This document shows, piece after piece, positions 36,564 through 49,029 of a DNA stretch of 64,000 bases (positions are counted from its first letter, which is position 1; the number at the start of each line of letters is the position of its first letter). The DNA comes from Octopus vulgaris (taxonomy: Eukaryota), in assembly GCA_951406725.2 (NCBI GenBank), contig OX597827.1, positions 76,880,001-76,944,000 on the forward strand, written 5' to 3'. A program made the translations under genes and the position numbers. The notes beneath the pieces were generated by a model. The model was not told where the DNA came from, did no database searches, and saw only the letters and a list, made by a program, of their open reading frames with translations.

Positions 36564-36815
36564 TCATCATCATCATCATCATCGTTTAGCGTCCGCTTTC
36601 CATGCTGGCATGGGTTGGACGGTGCAACTGGGGTCTGGGAAGCCAGAAGTCTGCACCAGGCCCAGCCTGATCTGGCAATGTTTCTACGGCTGGATGCCCT
36701 TCCTAACGCCAACCACTCCATGAGTGTAGTGGGTGCTTTTTACGTGCCACCGGCACAGGTGCCAGACGAGGCTGGCAAACGGCCACGATTGGATGGTGCT
36801 TTTTATGTGCCACCA
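36564..36815 (-). mobile_element. Family C retroposon
   Basis: Consensus match with one internal unit. Confidence 0.9.
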
Positions 36816-37435
36816 ATAAAGGGCGGCATAGGCAATCCTGTCCGACCACAAGTCTCTGCTCTTTGTTTTCTGTAATAGTCTCACCTCCTGATGTTTAATG
36901 CCTCTTTTCTTCCAACCATTTCATCATGTTTTGCCATCCATATCATCCCACTCCTTCTTTTCCCCTCATTGCTAAATTCTCCCGGGGGCCCTCCTTCCTC
37001 ATCATACAACAAAGAAATCTGTGTTAATGTATCCCCTATAATCATGACAAAAATGAAACAAAGACTGATTTCTAACACTGACAAAGGGTCACAAAATTAG
37101 GGGGCTGTACAGCTAAGTTAATTAACCCAGTACTTAACAGATGTTACAGGTAAATGATCCTGGCAGAACAAAATGCAAGCTGGGCCACAAAAGTAGCTGA
37201 ACTCAGGTAATCATCAACAAATAACATTTTCCCCCAAAAAAATCTCTTTTTATTTACCTTATTAATTAATGGCGCTTGTATTAATTACTTTAATACTAAC
37301 TTACATATGAAACATAATATATTAGCAAACACTAATTTGGAGATTATATAACAGAAAAAAAGTGGCAGCTTGTTTATCCAGTAAGCAAGACATAGTTCAA
37401 AAGTTAATTGTAATAGATTGACCTAAAGAAGTCAT

Positions 37436-37916
37436 TTAACCCTTTCGTTACCAACTTGGCTGAAACCAGCTCTGGCTCTGAGTACAAATGTCTTGTTTTC
37501 ATAAGTTTTGAATTACAATCTTCCACCAAACCTTAGTCACAATTTATGTTCCTAACACCAGCTGAATGATAACTAAGTTATTTTACTAAATTCTTTTTTA
37601 TATTTAAAATTAATTGAAAGAAACACAGAGTATCTCAACAGAAATATGGTAAGAAAAGGATTAAAATATATAATCGAGAAACCATTCTTAACCCTTTTGA
37701 TACCAACCTGGCTGAAACCAGCTCTGGCTCTGTAGTACAAACGTCTTGTTTTCATAAGTTTTGCTTTAAAATCTTCCACCAAACCTTAGTCATAATTTAT
37801 GTTCCTAAAACTAGCTGAATGATAACTAAGTTATTTTACTAAATTCTTTGTTATGTTTAAAGTAATTGAAAGAAACACGGAGCATCTCAACAGAAATATG
37901 GTAACAAAAGGGTTAA
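37436..37916 (+). mobile_element. Dimeric piggyBac-type MITE (family G x2)
   Basis: TTAA at 37436, 37661, 37688 and 37913; CCC...GG(G/A) termini; 252-bp period. Confidence 0.92.
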
Positions 37917-37954
37917 AATATATATATAATAGAGAAATGATTCTTAAGAGTTGA

Positions 37955-38282
37955 TGTGTGGTAAGAAGTCTGCTTCCAAACCACAAAGTACCAGGCCAAC
38001 TGCTTGGCACCTTGGACAAGTGTCTTCTACAACAGCCTTGGGCCAACTAAAGCCTTGTGAGTGGATTTGGTAAACGGAAACTCAAAGAAGCCCTTCATGT
38101 GTGTGTGTGTGTCTTTGTGCCTGCATTTGTCCCCCACCACCATTTGATAACTAGAATTGGTGCCTTTATGTCTCCATAACTTAGGGGTTTAGTAACGGAG
38201 AAATACTGGGGCCAATCTGTTTGAGTGAAATTCACAGCAGTAACCTTGCATGGCTGCAGTCTAATAATTGAAACCAGTGAAA
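37955..38282 (+). mobile_element. SINE family A, degenerate
   Basis: Consensus match. Confidence 0.8.
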
Positions 38283-38301
38283 GTATATATATATATATAT
38301 A

Positions 38302-38466
38302 TATTTCTTTACTGCCCACAAGGGGCTAAACATAGAGGGGACAAACAAGGACAGACAAAGGGATTAAGTCGATTATATCGACCCCAGTGCAAAACTGGTA
38401 CTTTATTTATCGACCTCGAAAGGATGAAAGGCAAAGTCGACCTCATGGGAATTTGAACTCAGAACA
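38302..38466 (-). mobile_element. SINE family D
   Basis: Consensus match. Confidence 0.9.
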
Positions 38467-38483
38467 CAAAAGTATATATATAT

Positions 38484-38817
38484 GGGTAAAGACCCCCTTC
38501 GGTCATGAATGACCATGGGATTGCACCTAGAAAGTTACCCTCCTAGACACAAGTCCGGGCACGGTTGTTTATGGAAGACCAGCAGTCGCCCATGCATACC
38601 AGCCTCCCTCTCCACGCCACCAGTGTTATCCAAGGGAAAGACAAAGGTCGATACAGCTTGGCACCAGTGACGTCGCAACTCATTTCTACAGCTGAGTGAA
38701 CTGGAGCAACGTGAAATAAAGTGCCTTGCTCAAGAACACAACACCCAGCCCGGTCCGGGATTCGAGCTCACAACCTCACGATCGTAAGCTCGACGCTCTA
38801 ACCACTGAGCCATGCGT
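38484..38817 (-). mobile_element. tRNA-derived SINE family E with CORE-like central domain
   Basis: Minus strand: TGGCTCAGTGGTTAGAGCG...GAGCTCGAATCCCGG, then tgttcttgagcaaggcacttt...ccagttcactcagctgtagaaatgag. Confidence 0.85.
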
Positions 38818-39707
38818 GTTTATATATATATATGCACATTATCAATTCAATGTCCTCTTTCCCATACTTGCATTGATCAGAGTTTTGTTGGGGCAGATTT
38901 TCTACAGCTGGATGCCTTTCCAATCACCAACCCTCACCTGTTTCCAATCAAGGTAATATTTCTCCATGGCCAGATATGTTTTTGTCAAATATTGGAAACG
39001 AATGACATTTATTTACAAGCATGCAATGTCAAGGCAAGGAGACACACACAAACACACATATATCATCATCATCATTGTTTAACGTCCGTTTTCCATGATG
39101 GCATGGGTTGGACGGTTTGACAGCAGCTGGTCAGCTGTCCAAGACTCCAATTGTCTGTTGTAGCATGGTTTCTTCAGCCAACCACTTTACAGACCATCAG
39201 AACTGGTGTTTTTATGCCCCAATGGCACAAGTGCCTTTACCATGACACCAGCACATATACACCTTTCAGTTTCCCATCTACGAAATCAACTCAAAAGGCC
39301 TTGGTGAGCCAAAGGCTGCATTGGAAGACTTGCCCAAGATGCCATGCAGGAGGATAGAAACCAAAACCACATGACTGTGAAGCAACCTTCTTAACCACAC
39401 ATCATGTGAGTTCAAATCCTGATGCACACAGTTTTTCTTTTTCTCCACAGAAATCTGATGATAATATATTCAATATTTTAACACAATTATGATAATGATG
39501 ATTATTTCACATTTGGGGGAGGAGGGGAACCAATTTCATCCGCTCCAGTACTTGACTGGTACTTTATGTCTTACACACACACACACATCCAGGGTGGTGC
39601 AAATGCCACGGGCCACATTCATTTATTGACAACTTCTCTGACATGATTCTAAGGTAAAAAAAATAATCATTTTATAAACATTTATCGCATTTACTTACAA
39701 AAAATAA

Positions 39708-40006
39708 CATCATCATCGTTTAACGTCTGCTTTCCATGCTAGCATGGGTTGGATAGTTCAACTGGGGTCTGGGAAGCCCGAAGGCTGCACCAGGCCAGTC
39801 AGATCTGGCGGTGTTTCTACAGCTGGATGCCCTTCCTAATGCCAACCACTCCGTGAGTGTAGTGGGTGCTTTTTATGTGCCACCGACACAGGTGCCAGAC
39901 GAGGCTGACGAACGGCCACGCTCGGATGGTGTTTTTTACGTGCCACGGCACGGAGGCCAGGCGAGGCTGGCACGGCCACGATCGGATGGTGTTTGTTACG
40001 TGCCAC
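39708..40006 (-). mobile_element. Family C retroposon with two internal units
   Basis: Consensus match. Confidence 0.9.
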
Positions 40007-40149
40007 TATCAACTATTTCTACTTGATAGTTTCCGTTACCTAGGTGATCAAGTCAGTAGCGGGGTGGGGGGGCGAAAGTGTAACTGCTAGAGTAAGTGTA
40101 ACAAATAAGTTATATATGTATATAACGAATTATATATATAATACAATGC

Positions 40150-40704
40150 CACAACACTAAGAAGAAACAAGGAGATTGGCTCAGAGCAACAGATGAGTTA
40201 TTGGGAGTGGCTAAAACAAACTGCGGTTCAACTCCTGAGAGAAAAAATATGCAAAAGATATACAATTATACAGACAAGATCCTGGATGATCTAGTATCCA
40301 GCTTTGGGATTGAATGTTATAACAATCTCCAAACTGGATGCCACAGAATAGTTCTAAAGACATCATCCTCTGCATTTAGAGTAAGAATCCAATACTGTAG
40401 CAGATTAGGGTTTGAAGAACTACACCATTTCACTACCTTCCCAAAAAGGCTTTGGAGATGCTTGAGGTGGAGATGTGGATGGGTTCCTGAAGCATTTAGA
40501 CAAATTTTTTATCTCTTTTGCCAGATGAACCCACTTCACACAATGAAAGGCAAAGAAGGACAGCTCTGTGTGACTCACAACCTCACCAGGACCAATTCCA
40601 GAGGCGAGACAAGGCCAGAAAATGAGGCTAAAATAGACAAGCATTAACACCAACAGTGGTGCCCCAGCATGGCTGTACACTCTGTATGAGAACAATCAAA
40701 AGAG
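40150..40704 (+). mobile_element. CR1-group LINE 3' fragment ending in a SINE-A-like tail
   Basis: Frameshifted MSYWEWLKQ...KILDDLVSSFGIECY...DVDGFLKHLDKF...LPDEP; ends ggtgccccagcatggctg...aacaatcaaaagag. Confidence 0.8.
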
Positions 40705-40733
40705 AAACAATATATAACCATAAACACACACAC

Positions 40734-40764
<31 letters not shown>

Positions 40765-40984
40765 CACAGACACACACAAACACACCCACACATATAAATG
40801 TCTTTATTAATATATTAATAAGAAGGCAAAAAATTATTCATTGTTCTAAACAAGCCAGGATCCATAAACTGTTTATATAAGGAGGGTGTTGATCAATAGG
40901 TCTATATATAACAAGTTATAGAAACACTGGACTTTCTGTATGTTTATAAGCATGTGATGTGAGTGTCATTAGACTATAGGCTTT

Positions 40985-40993
40985 CATCTATAT

Positions 40994-41026
<33 letters not shown>

Positions 41027-41349
41027 CATACATATATATATATATATACATACATATATATATATATACATACATATATATATATACATACATATATATA
41101 TATACATACATATATATATATACATACATATATATATATACATACATATATATATATATATACATACATATATATATACATACATACATATATATATACA
41201 TACATATATATATATACATACATATACATACATACATATATATATACACATACATATATATATACACATACATATATATATACATACATATATATATACA
41301 TACATATATATATATATATTCACACAGAGGAAAATATATTTATGCATAC

Positions 41350-41395
<46 letters not shown>

Positions 41396-41400
41396 ATGTA
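40985..41400. repeat. Compound (TA)n/(TACA) microsatellite array
   Basis: Direct inspection. Confidence 0.97.
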
Positions 41401-41446
41401 TGAATAAATATATATATTTACATACAAATTTATATATGCATGTGTC

Positions 41447-41477
<31 letters not shown>

Positions 41478-41914
41478 GTATGTATAACTATACATACACA
41501 TATATATGAATGTATGCATATATATTTGTACGTATGAATAAATATATATACATTTACATCTAAATATGTGTGTTCAAGTAGGACATCCATTGCCCTAAGC
41601 TACAAACCCAGCTTCTTTAGGATTATAAAGAAAAATAACAATAATCGAACAACTCTGGCAGAAATCGGTGCTGAGAAGGTGTGAAAGAAATGGAATTTCA
41701 CACATTTTTCAAATTGGAATTTATTGAAAACCACATTTCACATTCTTTGACATTCGTACATATACATAAATACGTGTGTGTGTGTCTGTGTGTATGTGTA
41801 TAGATCTGCTTTTGTGTTTTTAGAAAAATCTATAAACTTATGCACACATATAACTTAGCTTTAATATTAAATTACAATTCTGTAGTGATCTGTATACTTC
41901 TCATATGTGTGGGT

Positions 41915-42024
41915 GGATGGATAGATAGATAGATAGATAGATAGATATGTATATAAACAGGTTTATATAGGAATACAAGTTTTATATGTCGAAGAGTTTA
42001 TATATGTATGTATATATACGAGTT

Positions 42025-42090
<66 letters not shown>

Positions 42091-42358
42091 CAGACAGATA
42101 GATGTGTATATATACGGGTTTATATAGGAATACAAGTTTTATATGTTGAAGAGTTTATATATGTATGTATACATACGAGTTGATAGATAGATAGATAGAT
42201 AGATAGATAGACAGACAGATAGATGTGTATATATACGGGTTTATATAGGAATACAAGTTTTATATGTTGAAGAGTTTATATATGTGTGTATAGATATGAG
42301 TTGATAGATAGATAGATAGACAGACAGATATATAGATATGTATGTATACATACGAGTT

Positions 42359-42428
<70 letters not shown>

Positions 42429-42430
42429 CA
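41915..42430. repeat. Tandem repeat of a unit of about 80 bp separated by variable (GATA)n
   Basis: ggtttatataggaatacaagttttatatgt(c/t)gaagagtttatatatg occurs three times, plus a partial unit. Confidence 0.93.
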
Positions 42431-42892
42431 AACAGGCAGGCAGACACATTTTTAAGGTTAGAAATACCAAACAAAAGCAGTACTCAATACATGTGACGGA
42501 ACTGATTTGTGTACAGTGGATGTTGTTCGCTCGATGTGAAATTCTGAGTAAGCTAAGAGAGCGAATCCCAATTTATACACACAAATTCGTACAAATCGTA
42601 ATTGCTTCCGGCATAATCAAACTCGCGTGAATAAATATATATATTTATATATTTACACAGATATCTATCTGCTCACACACAAATACCATTATCTCCTGTT
42701 TGAAAAATTTTTTACTGAACGAACCGGATTTTCTATTATATAACCTCGACACTCGTACAATTACTCATACTTAATCTATGTCCGTGTTTATATATATACA
42801 CACACACACAATGGCAGTCATTCCTTGTATATAAAATTTATAGCTTTTCAATAATAGATAGAGTGATATAATGTATATGTGTGCGTGCGTGC

Positions 42893-42930
<38 letters not shown>

Positions 42931-43000
42931 TGTCGGCGTAATATACACATGTTCGCTTGTGTTTCTATTTATATATGTATATATATATATACGAAATACT

Positions 43001-43452
43001 GTGAAATGCTTAGCAGTATTTCGTCTGTCTTTACGTTCTGAGTTCAAATTCCGCCGAGGTCGACTTATCGATCCTTTCGGGGTCGATAAATTAAGTACCA
43101 GTTTCGCACTGGGGTCGCTGTAATCGACTTAATCCCTTTGTATGTCCTTGTTTGTCTCCTCTATGTTTAGCCCCTTGTGGGCAATAAAGAAATATATATA
43201 TATATATATAGATAGATAGATAGATATAGAGAGATCATAATTAGGTACAAGGCCAGCGGTTTTGAGGCGAAATAAGTCGGTCAATTACACTGACCGCCAA
43301 TATTTGACGTGGGGCACTTTATTTCATCCGGACCCGAAAGGTTGGGAACTAAAACTGACCTTGGCAAGACTTGAACTCAAATCGTAAAGAGCCGGAATAT
43401 CGCAAAGCATTTTCCCTCCGTTACCCAAACGATTCTGCCAGTTCACCGCCCT
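43001..43452. mobile_element. Two SINE family D copies (43001-43193 +, 43240-43452 -)
   Basis: Consensus match; CpGs retained. Confidence 0.85.
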
Positions 43453-43594
43453 AAATAATATTATATATATATATATGTGATGTGAGTGTATGTATGTATG
43501 CACTTATAATACATATTATCAAACGGGTATATATACCCACGTCTATTTCTCTTTCCCTATATATATATATATTAACTATTGAATATATATATAT

Positions 43595-43608
43595 ATAACT
43601 CTAGTATT

Positions 43609-43641
<33 letters not shown>

Positions 43642-43830
43642 ACTCGTGTATTTCTTATATATATATATATATATATCGTGTATTTCTTATATATATCTCG
43701 TGTATTTCTTATATATATATCGTGTATTTCTTATATATATATATAAACTCGTGTATTTCTTATATATATATATAAACTCGTGTATTTCTTATATATATAT
43801 ATATATATAAACTCGAGTATTTCTTTTATA
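43595..43830. repeat. Minisatellite of 8 units of (ac)tcgtgtatttctt separated by (TA)n
   Basis: Direct inspection. Confidence 0.93.
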
Positions 43831-44648
43831 TATATATTGTGACCAACACTCCTGTGGCTAGTTTCTTCCCAAGTTGGTAGATAGAAGACCCATAGTTTAT
43901 TTTAATAAACTCGAAATTCTTTAGTGTTGTGACAATCCTCGCCAGAAACGGTTAAACCCAGCTGTTTCTAATCCAACGACCCCGTTTATCTTAAGAGATC
44001 GTTAAAGGAGTTTCAATTACCTAATAAACACACACACACATCGGTGTATATATATATGTATATATAAATATATATTTATTAATATTAATGATAGTAATGT
44101 TCATAAATGAAAACTAGTTTGAAGCCCAAAAATATGAAATGTTGGCAAAAATCGCTACATCCGGTATAATTCACATCCTTTTTCTTTGGTTCTTTGGCAG
44201 TGCGGAGTAATTCAGCGGGAGGCCACGAAGTGGGGGATTCATTTCCTTATACAAGTAATACTAAAAATGAACCCCGTCTTTGTGGCTACTTCCAAAAAAG
44301 AGGTGGAGTTGTGTCGATTTTTTTTTTGTGTAAATTTTTTTTAAAGTTCGAAGTTGTTTCGGGCTTGTTATCGACGTAATCGATGCCGTTTAAGCACGAA
44401 ACGTACGGGAAATATACGTTGGGATGAAATTTAAAACGAAAATCGAATCGTAAATTCGAAAATCGGAGTTTTTCGACTTTCGAACAAGTGAGACGAGACG
44501 AAGGGTTGGGTTAATGACCAGAAAATCGGAGCGTGGGAGAAATATCGACACCGCTTGACCACTTAGAGAATATAATTAACGACAAACGTGATACAGTGAA
44601 GGTTTTAGAACAAAATAAATTTGAAATGAGCGCTTTTTAAGTACTTAC

Positions 44649-44760
44649 TTTGGACAATCAACATGAGAGAGTTAAGCCAACGATTCCATAACCCAAATAA
44701 CTGAAGGGGAGTGTAAACACTGAGGGGAGATAACCACGCTCCACTTCCGCTTGTCTGTGT
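44649..44760 (-). other. Candidate non-coding first exon (upstream boundary uncertain)
   Basis: Consensus donor AAA|GTAAGT (GT at 44648-44647) inside the CpG-rich region, just downstream of the ETS-like motif. Confidence 0.45.
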
Positions 44761-46077
44761 GTCGCATTTATACACTGGCTTTGAGGATTACCTCCCTTGA
44801 ACATTTCCTATTTCTGATGACATTTTAAGGGTCACGACGTATGAGAACTAAAGGGGATTCACGTTATTCTGTTCCCTAACTCTTTCGCTCTCTTATTCTC
44901 TTTGGGTTTTTTTTTTTCTCCCCGACTTTGCGATATAGAAACCTTATCATAAGACGATAGACGTTTTATTTCCGTGGTCTAATGTAATGCTTCCGTCGTC
45001 CCCGCATTATCCTCTGTGAAACGTTGCCACACCCTTTATAAAGTCGATACCCTTGTTAATTACCACCGTCTCCCCCCCCCCACCTCTCTAGATTGTTCTC
45101 GACACGGCGAAAGCAAAGTTGTTGCCCTTGACATCAGGGAACGTCTTGGACATCGTGTACATTAAAATCTTCCGGCAAAATAACTCGCTGTCCTACGGGC
45201 TTCAATCTGACCCTTATTAAATAAACTGGATCCGAAGGTTTCTGCTATATAACATTCGTTCTCTTATTACACAGGACCTCTCTCTCCCTCTTTCCCCTAT
45301 CTACTCGGAACAGCTTCAGGACACAATTATTTCTCATACATTCCATATTATTCCCGTATTCACGTACGAATACTTCCCTTTCTATTATACTATTACCATT
45401 TACCCACCATCGACCGCTGGACAGGCATATTGGACGGGCAGCGTAAATATATTCTGAAATCGTCTCATTTAACTGTACAAGACCGCAGAAATTTCACATA
45501 TGCAGGGATGGAAATTTCTACTTCACATATGCAGGAATGGAACTTGCTAGAAATGACAGCTGAATCTCCTGAATCACACCCAGTCGTCTTATGTGAGGAA
45601 GGGAAATATTGAATCCGCTAAAAAGACAGAATGGTTATAACTGGAATGCCTTTAATTATGAGATTATAAATATCAGTCCATCCAAAATGTTTATGTTATA
45701 CCTTCAAACTTTATAGAAATTTTAGGCCATAGAATACCAAATGGACCTTCATTAGGTTCACATATAACCTATGGCCCAGAATAGTTGGCATTCTCTTATT
45801 TTGGGGCCACAGAATACTTAACCCTCCACAATTGCCAACTTAATACAAGAACCAAACATGCACACAGTCTGAGATGGAAGGAGGGTCCCAGCTGTATCAA
45901 CTTGTATGACTCTAAGATTTTGAAGGGTCCTTCTCTATTTGGGGAGATGTACTTGCATAGCGAGTGACTTGATCTGAGATCATGTGCTGGAACGAAAACA
46001 ATTGCAGCATGGAAGGTGCTTATAAGCCATTTAAGAAACACAAAAACCGTTAGATTCACTTCAACATTTAAATTTAA

Positions 46078-46129
46078 TTTGTCAAAATACTTTCGTCGCT
46101 TTGAGACCGCGACCTGTTCACTGATAAAA
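46078..46129 (-). ncRNA. Hammerhead ribozyme candidate with a G3-C8 core variant
   Basis: UUUUAUCA-GUGAACA-G-GUCGC(GGUCUCAAA)GCGAC-GAAA-GUAUU-U-UGACAAA. Confidence 0.65.
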
Positions 46130-46384
46130 CTTCGTGCTGCATCTCATTGTTGTCTTCTCTATTTGGTTTGAGACAAAAAGAGGTAACTTCAGTAAAAACT
46201 TCAGTTCAGTTTTTATAAATTATTGTGCCGGTGTCATGTTAAAAGCAGCCTGGGTGTCCAGCTGAAGAAACCAAGTCAAAACAGACAATGGACCCTGGGT
46301 GCAGCCCTCCAGCCTTGCCAGCTCCTGTCAAACCGTCCAACTCATTCCAGCATGGAAAATAGAAGTCAAATGATGATGTTCTAT

Positions 46385-46610
46385 TACATATAAGTACATG
46401 AGGACCATTAAATACATGATGTATAAACCCATAACCCAGGTCCATTTCCACATGTAAATACACCATGAAGATTACATGTATAATAAACTCAAAACCCAGG
46501 GCCTTTATAACATGTAAGTGCATCAGCATACCCATAACCTGGAGTCATTTGATTTCAACGTGTTGTAAGCACATCATGAACACTACATGTGCATGTATAA
46601 ACTCAATCCA
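46385..46610. repeat. Degenerate tandem repeat of about 60 bp
   Basis: taaac(c/t)ca(t/a)aacccagg ends at 46440 and 46500; further degenerate units follow. Confidence 0.7.
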
Positions 46611-46960
46611 AATTTATTTTAACAGTATTAGATACCCCTAGAAGATTCAATACACTGGCATTCCTGCATGTTTGCCAAAGCATAAGGCCCCTAGAATTAT
46701 GGGGCTCTTTGGCAACTGTCTAATGTGCTTGTAAATTCAGGCAGCACTGCTATTACCCATATCTAAATCGTGTGTAGTACTAAATACTAAAATACTTGGT
46801 ATGTAGTTTGAAGCAGGGCTTTGGAGGTGGGGGTGTCACATTTCACATCTGTCCTGCTCTATAACCTGTGAAAATTGGGGTGGGTTTGGATCTATATATC
46901 AATGCACACACACACACACATGTTCCCACAATTCATTGAGTTCAAATCAGAGATCCTCTT

Positions 46961-47187
46961 CAGTGATTCCTAGTCATTTTTTTTACCTATGGACCCCTTT
47001 GATTCCTATGTTACTGGACCCCTAAAATCATTCAACATTAAAGAAAAAAAATCCTGTTTTATTTTTATAGTGAAATATCATATTTTGTGTATTAAAGAAA
47101 TACAATCAATTTATTGCCCCTAAATTTTAACAACAAAACCTGGTACAGGACCCAAAGGGTCACATGGACCTTGATTGAAAACCACTG
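46961..47187. mobile_element. Possible hAT-like MITE
   Basis: CAGTGATTCC ... GAAAACCACTG imperfect TIRs; no 8-bp TSD visible. Confidence 0.45.
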
Positions 47188-47284
47188 CTTTATATGATTG
47201 CCTGACTTGACAGAAATAGCAACTAAATTTCCCTCAGGTTATACCCGCAATCTTAAAAAAAAAACAAGACACATTACTCTTTGC

Positions 47285-47675
47285 TCTTTTACTCTTTTAC
47301 TTGTTTCAGTCATTTGACTGTGGCGATGCTGGAGCACCGCCTTTAGTTGAGCAAATCGACCCCAGGACTAATTCTTTGTAAACCTAGTACATATTCAATC
47401 GGTCTCTTTTGCTGAACCACTAAGTGACGGGGACGTAAACACACCAGCATCCGTTGTCAAGCGATGTTGGGGTGGGGACAAACACACACACACACATATA
47501 TACATATATACGACAGGCTTCTTTCAGTTTCTGTCTACCAAATCCACTCACAAGGTTTTGGTCGGCCCGAGATCATAGTAGAAAACACTTGCCCGAGGTG
47601 CCACGCAGTGGGACTGAACCCAGAACCATGTGGTTGGTAAGCAAGCTACTTACCTCACAGCCACTCCTACGCCTA
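47285..47675 (-). mobile_element. Full-length SINE family A
   Basis: Near-consensus. Confidence 0.92.
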
Positions 47676-48175
47676 TTAGAGAACAAAAACAAAAAAACAC
47701 AAGATGATCAAGACTGTCGTGGTTTTGATCATAAGATGTGGGTTGGAGCTAACCTAGGGTTAAGTAACAACTCCAGATCTTTGAGTTGTTGAGTCACCAC
47801 TGAAGACTTTATCTCCATGTAGTCTGCTCAAGAGTAATTCATCTTGGCAGAGACCCCTCCCCACCTCCTCCATTATTCCTCTCCTGGTTATAGATGCTAC
47901 CTGGCTTCCATGGGGTATAAGCATCCAAGAGTACAGTCCTCCCTCTTCAATGGGATAGCTATCACGATATACCTTCCTTCTCTCTCTCCTTCTCTCTCTC
48001 ATTCGTTCTCTCTCTTCTTCTCTCTCACATACATACACTAGGCCCCTCTATATACTTAATCTCTGTGTTTTCATTTGGCTAAACTCATCTATCTAACTCC
48101 CTGTCTCCCTCTATACATATGCATACAGACTCATGCACACATACACATATGTATGTGTGTGTGTGTGTGTATATA

Positions 48176-48557
48176 TCTTTATATATAAAAGTGAAGTTGT
48201 GTGTTGTCTGTCTCCTACGATTTAGATTCCTAACTACTCCCACATTTTGCGGTGCAGTGTAACCAAAACTGGGTATCTTATAGTCGTGATTCATATCGAG
48301 CCCTTCTGGGTATTAGCGCGCGTCTACGATTTAAAAAAAAATTTACCATCAATTTTTTAATGCATTTTTTTTGCTATTATATAAGGGAAGTAACTCTCTA
48401 AAAATGTATTATTAAATCTCAGAACGTAAAAAGCTACAGTAACACCACCCCCTTTGTGGTTAACCATATTGAGATGGCTATTATACTTTACATCTCTAAA
48501 AATGCTTATATAGTTATTTCCCTTACAAGCCCGAGCAACGCCGGGCGATACTGCTAG
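48176..48557 (+). mobile_element. Non-autonomous Helitron
   Basis: A|TC 5' end, hairpin GCCCGAGCAACGCCGGGC (48529-48546), CTAG|T 3' end, no TSD. Confidence 0.9.
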
Positions 48558-49029
48558 TATATATATATATATATACATATATATACACACACACACACAC
48601 ATACATCCATTAATATTATATTGCCTGAAGGTAGCAAGCTGGCAGAAATGTTAGCACGCTGGGCTAGTCTAAATATTGAACAGCTAGAATATTTTTGCCA
48701 GATATGACCAGTTTAGATAGTAAAGTGCTAATGACTACCCCTGGTTCTATGGTACAAAGTTCCTGATCTAAAGGGATATAAATTAAAACCTTCTGTCAAT
48801 ATTTGCCATTAATTTATGTTCCAAACACCACCTTAATTATGACAAAGTTATTTTCCCCAAATTCTTTGTTATTTTTAAAATTAATTGAAGCAAAGTTGGA
48901 ATATTTCAACAGAAATATGGTAATTAAAGGGTTAAAGTGATCTAAATACGGTGACAAAGGAATTAAATCTACCATGATTCCTGTAAGAACCGTTTTTGTT
49001 AAACACCAGTTTAGTATTGGTTTTAAATT

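Larger units (their letters stand above)
42480..45490. promoter_or_regulatory. CpG-enriched, probably unmethylated promoter region
   Basis: CG dinucleotides are visibly much denser than in the flanks; mostly unique sequence; ETS-like GCGGAAGTG on - at 44742-44750. Confidence 0.65.

Noticed and set aside
38750-38817. SINE heads (A, B, D, E) as functional tRNA genes
   Set aside because: They have A and B boxes but no complete cloverleaf, and they continue into SINE bodies.
46925-46970. Minus-strand CUGAAGA-GGAUC(UCU)GAUUU-GAAC
   Set aside because: GAAA is not intact, there is no helix III, and it overlaps a MITE junction.
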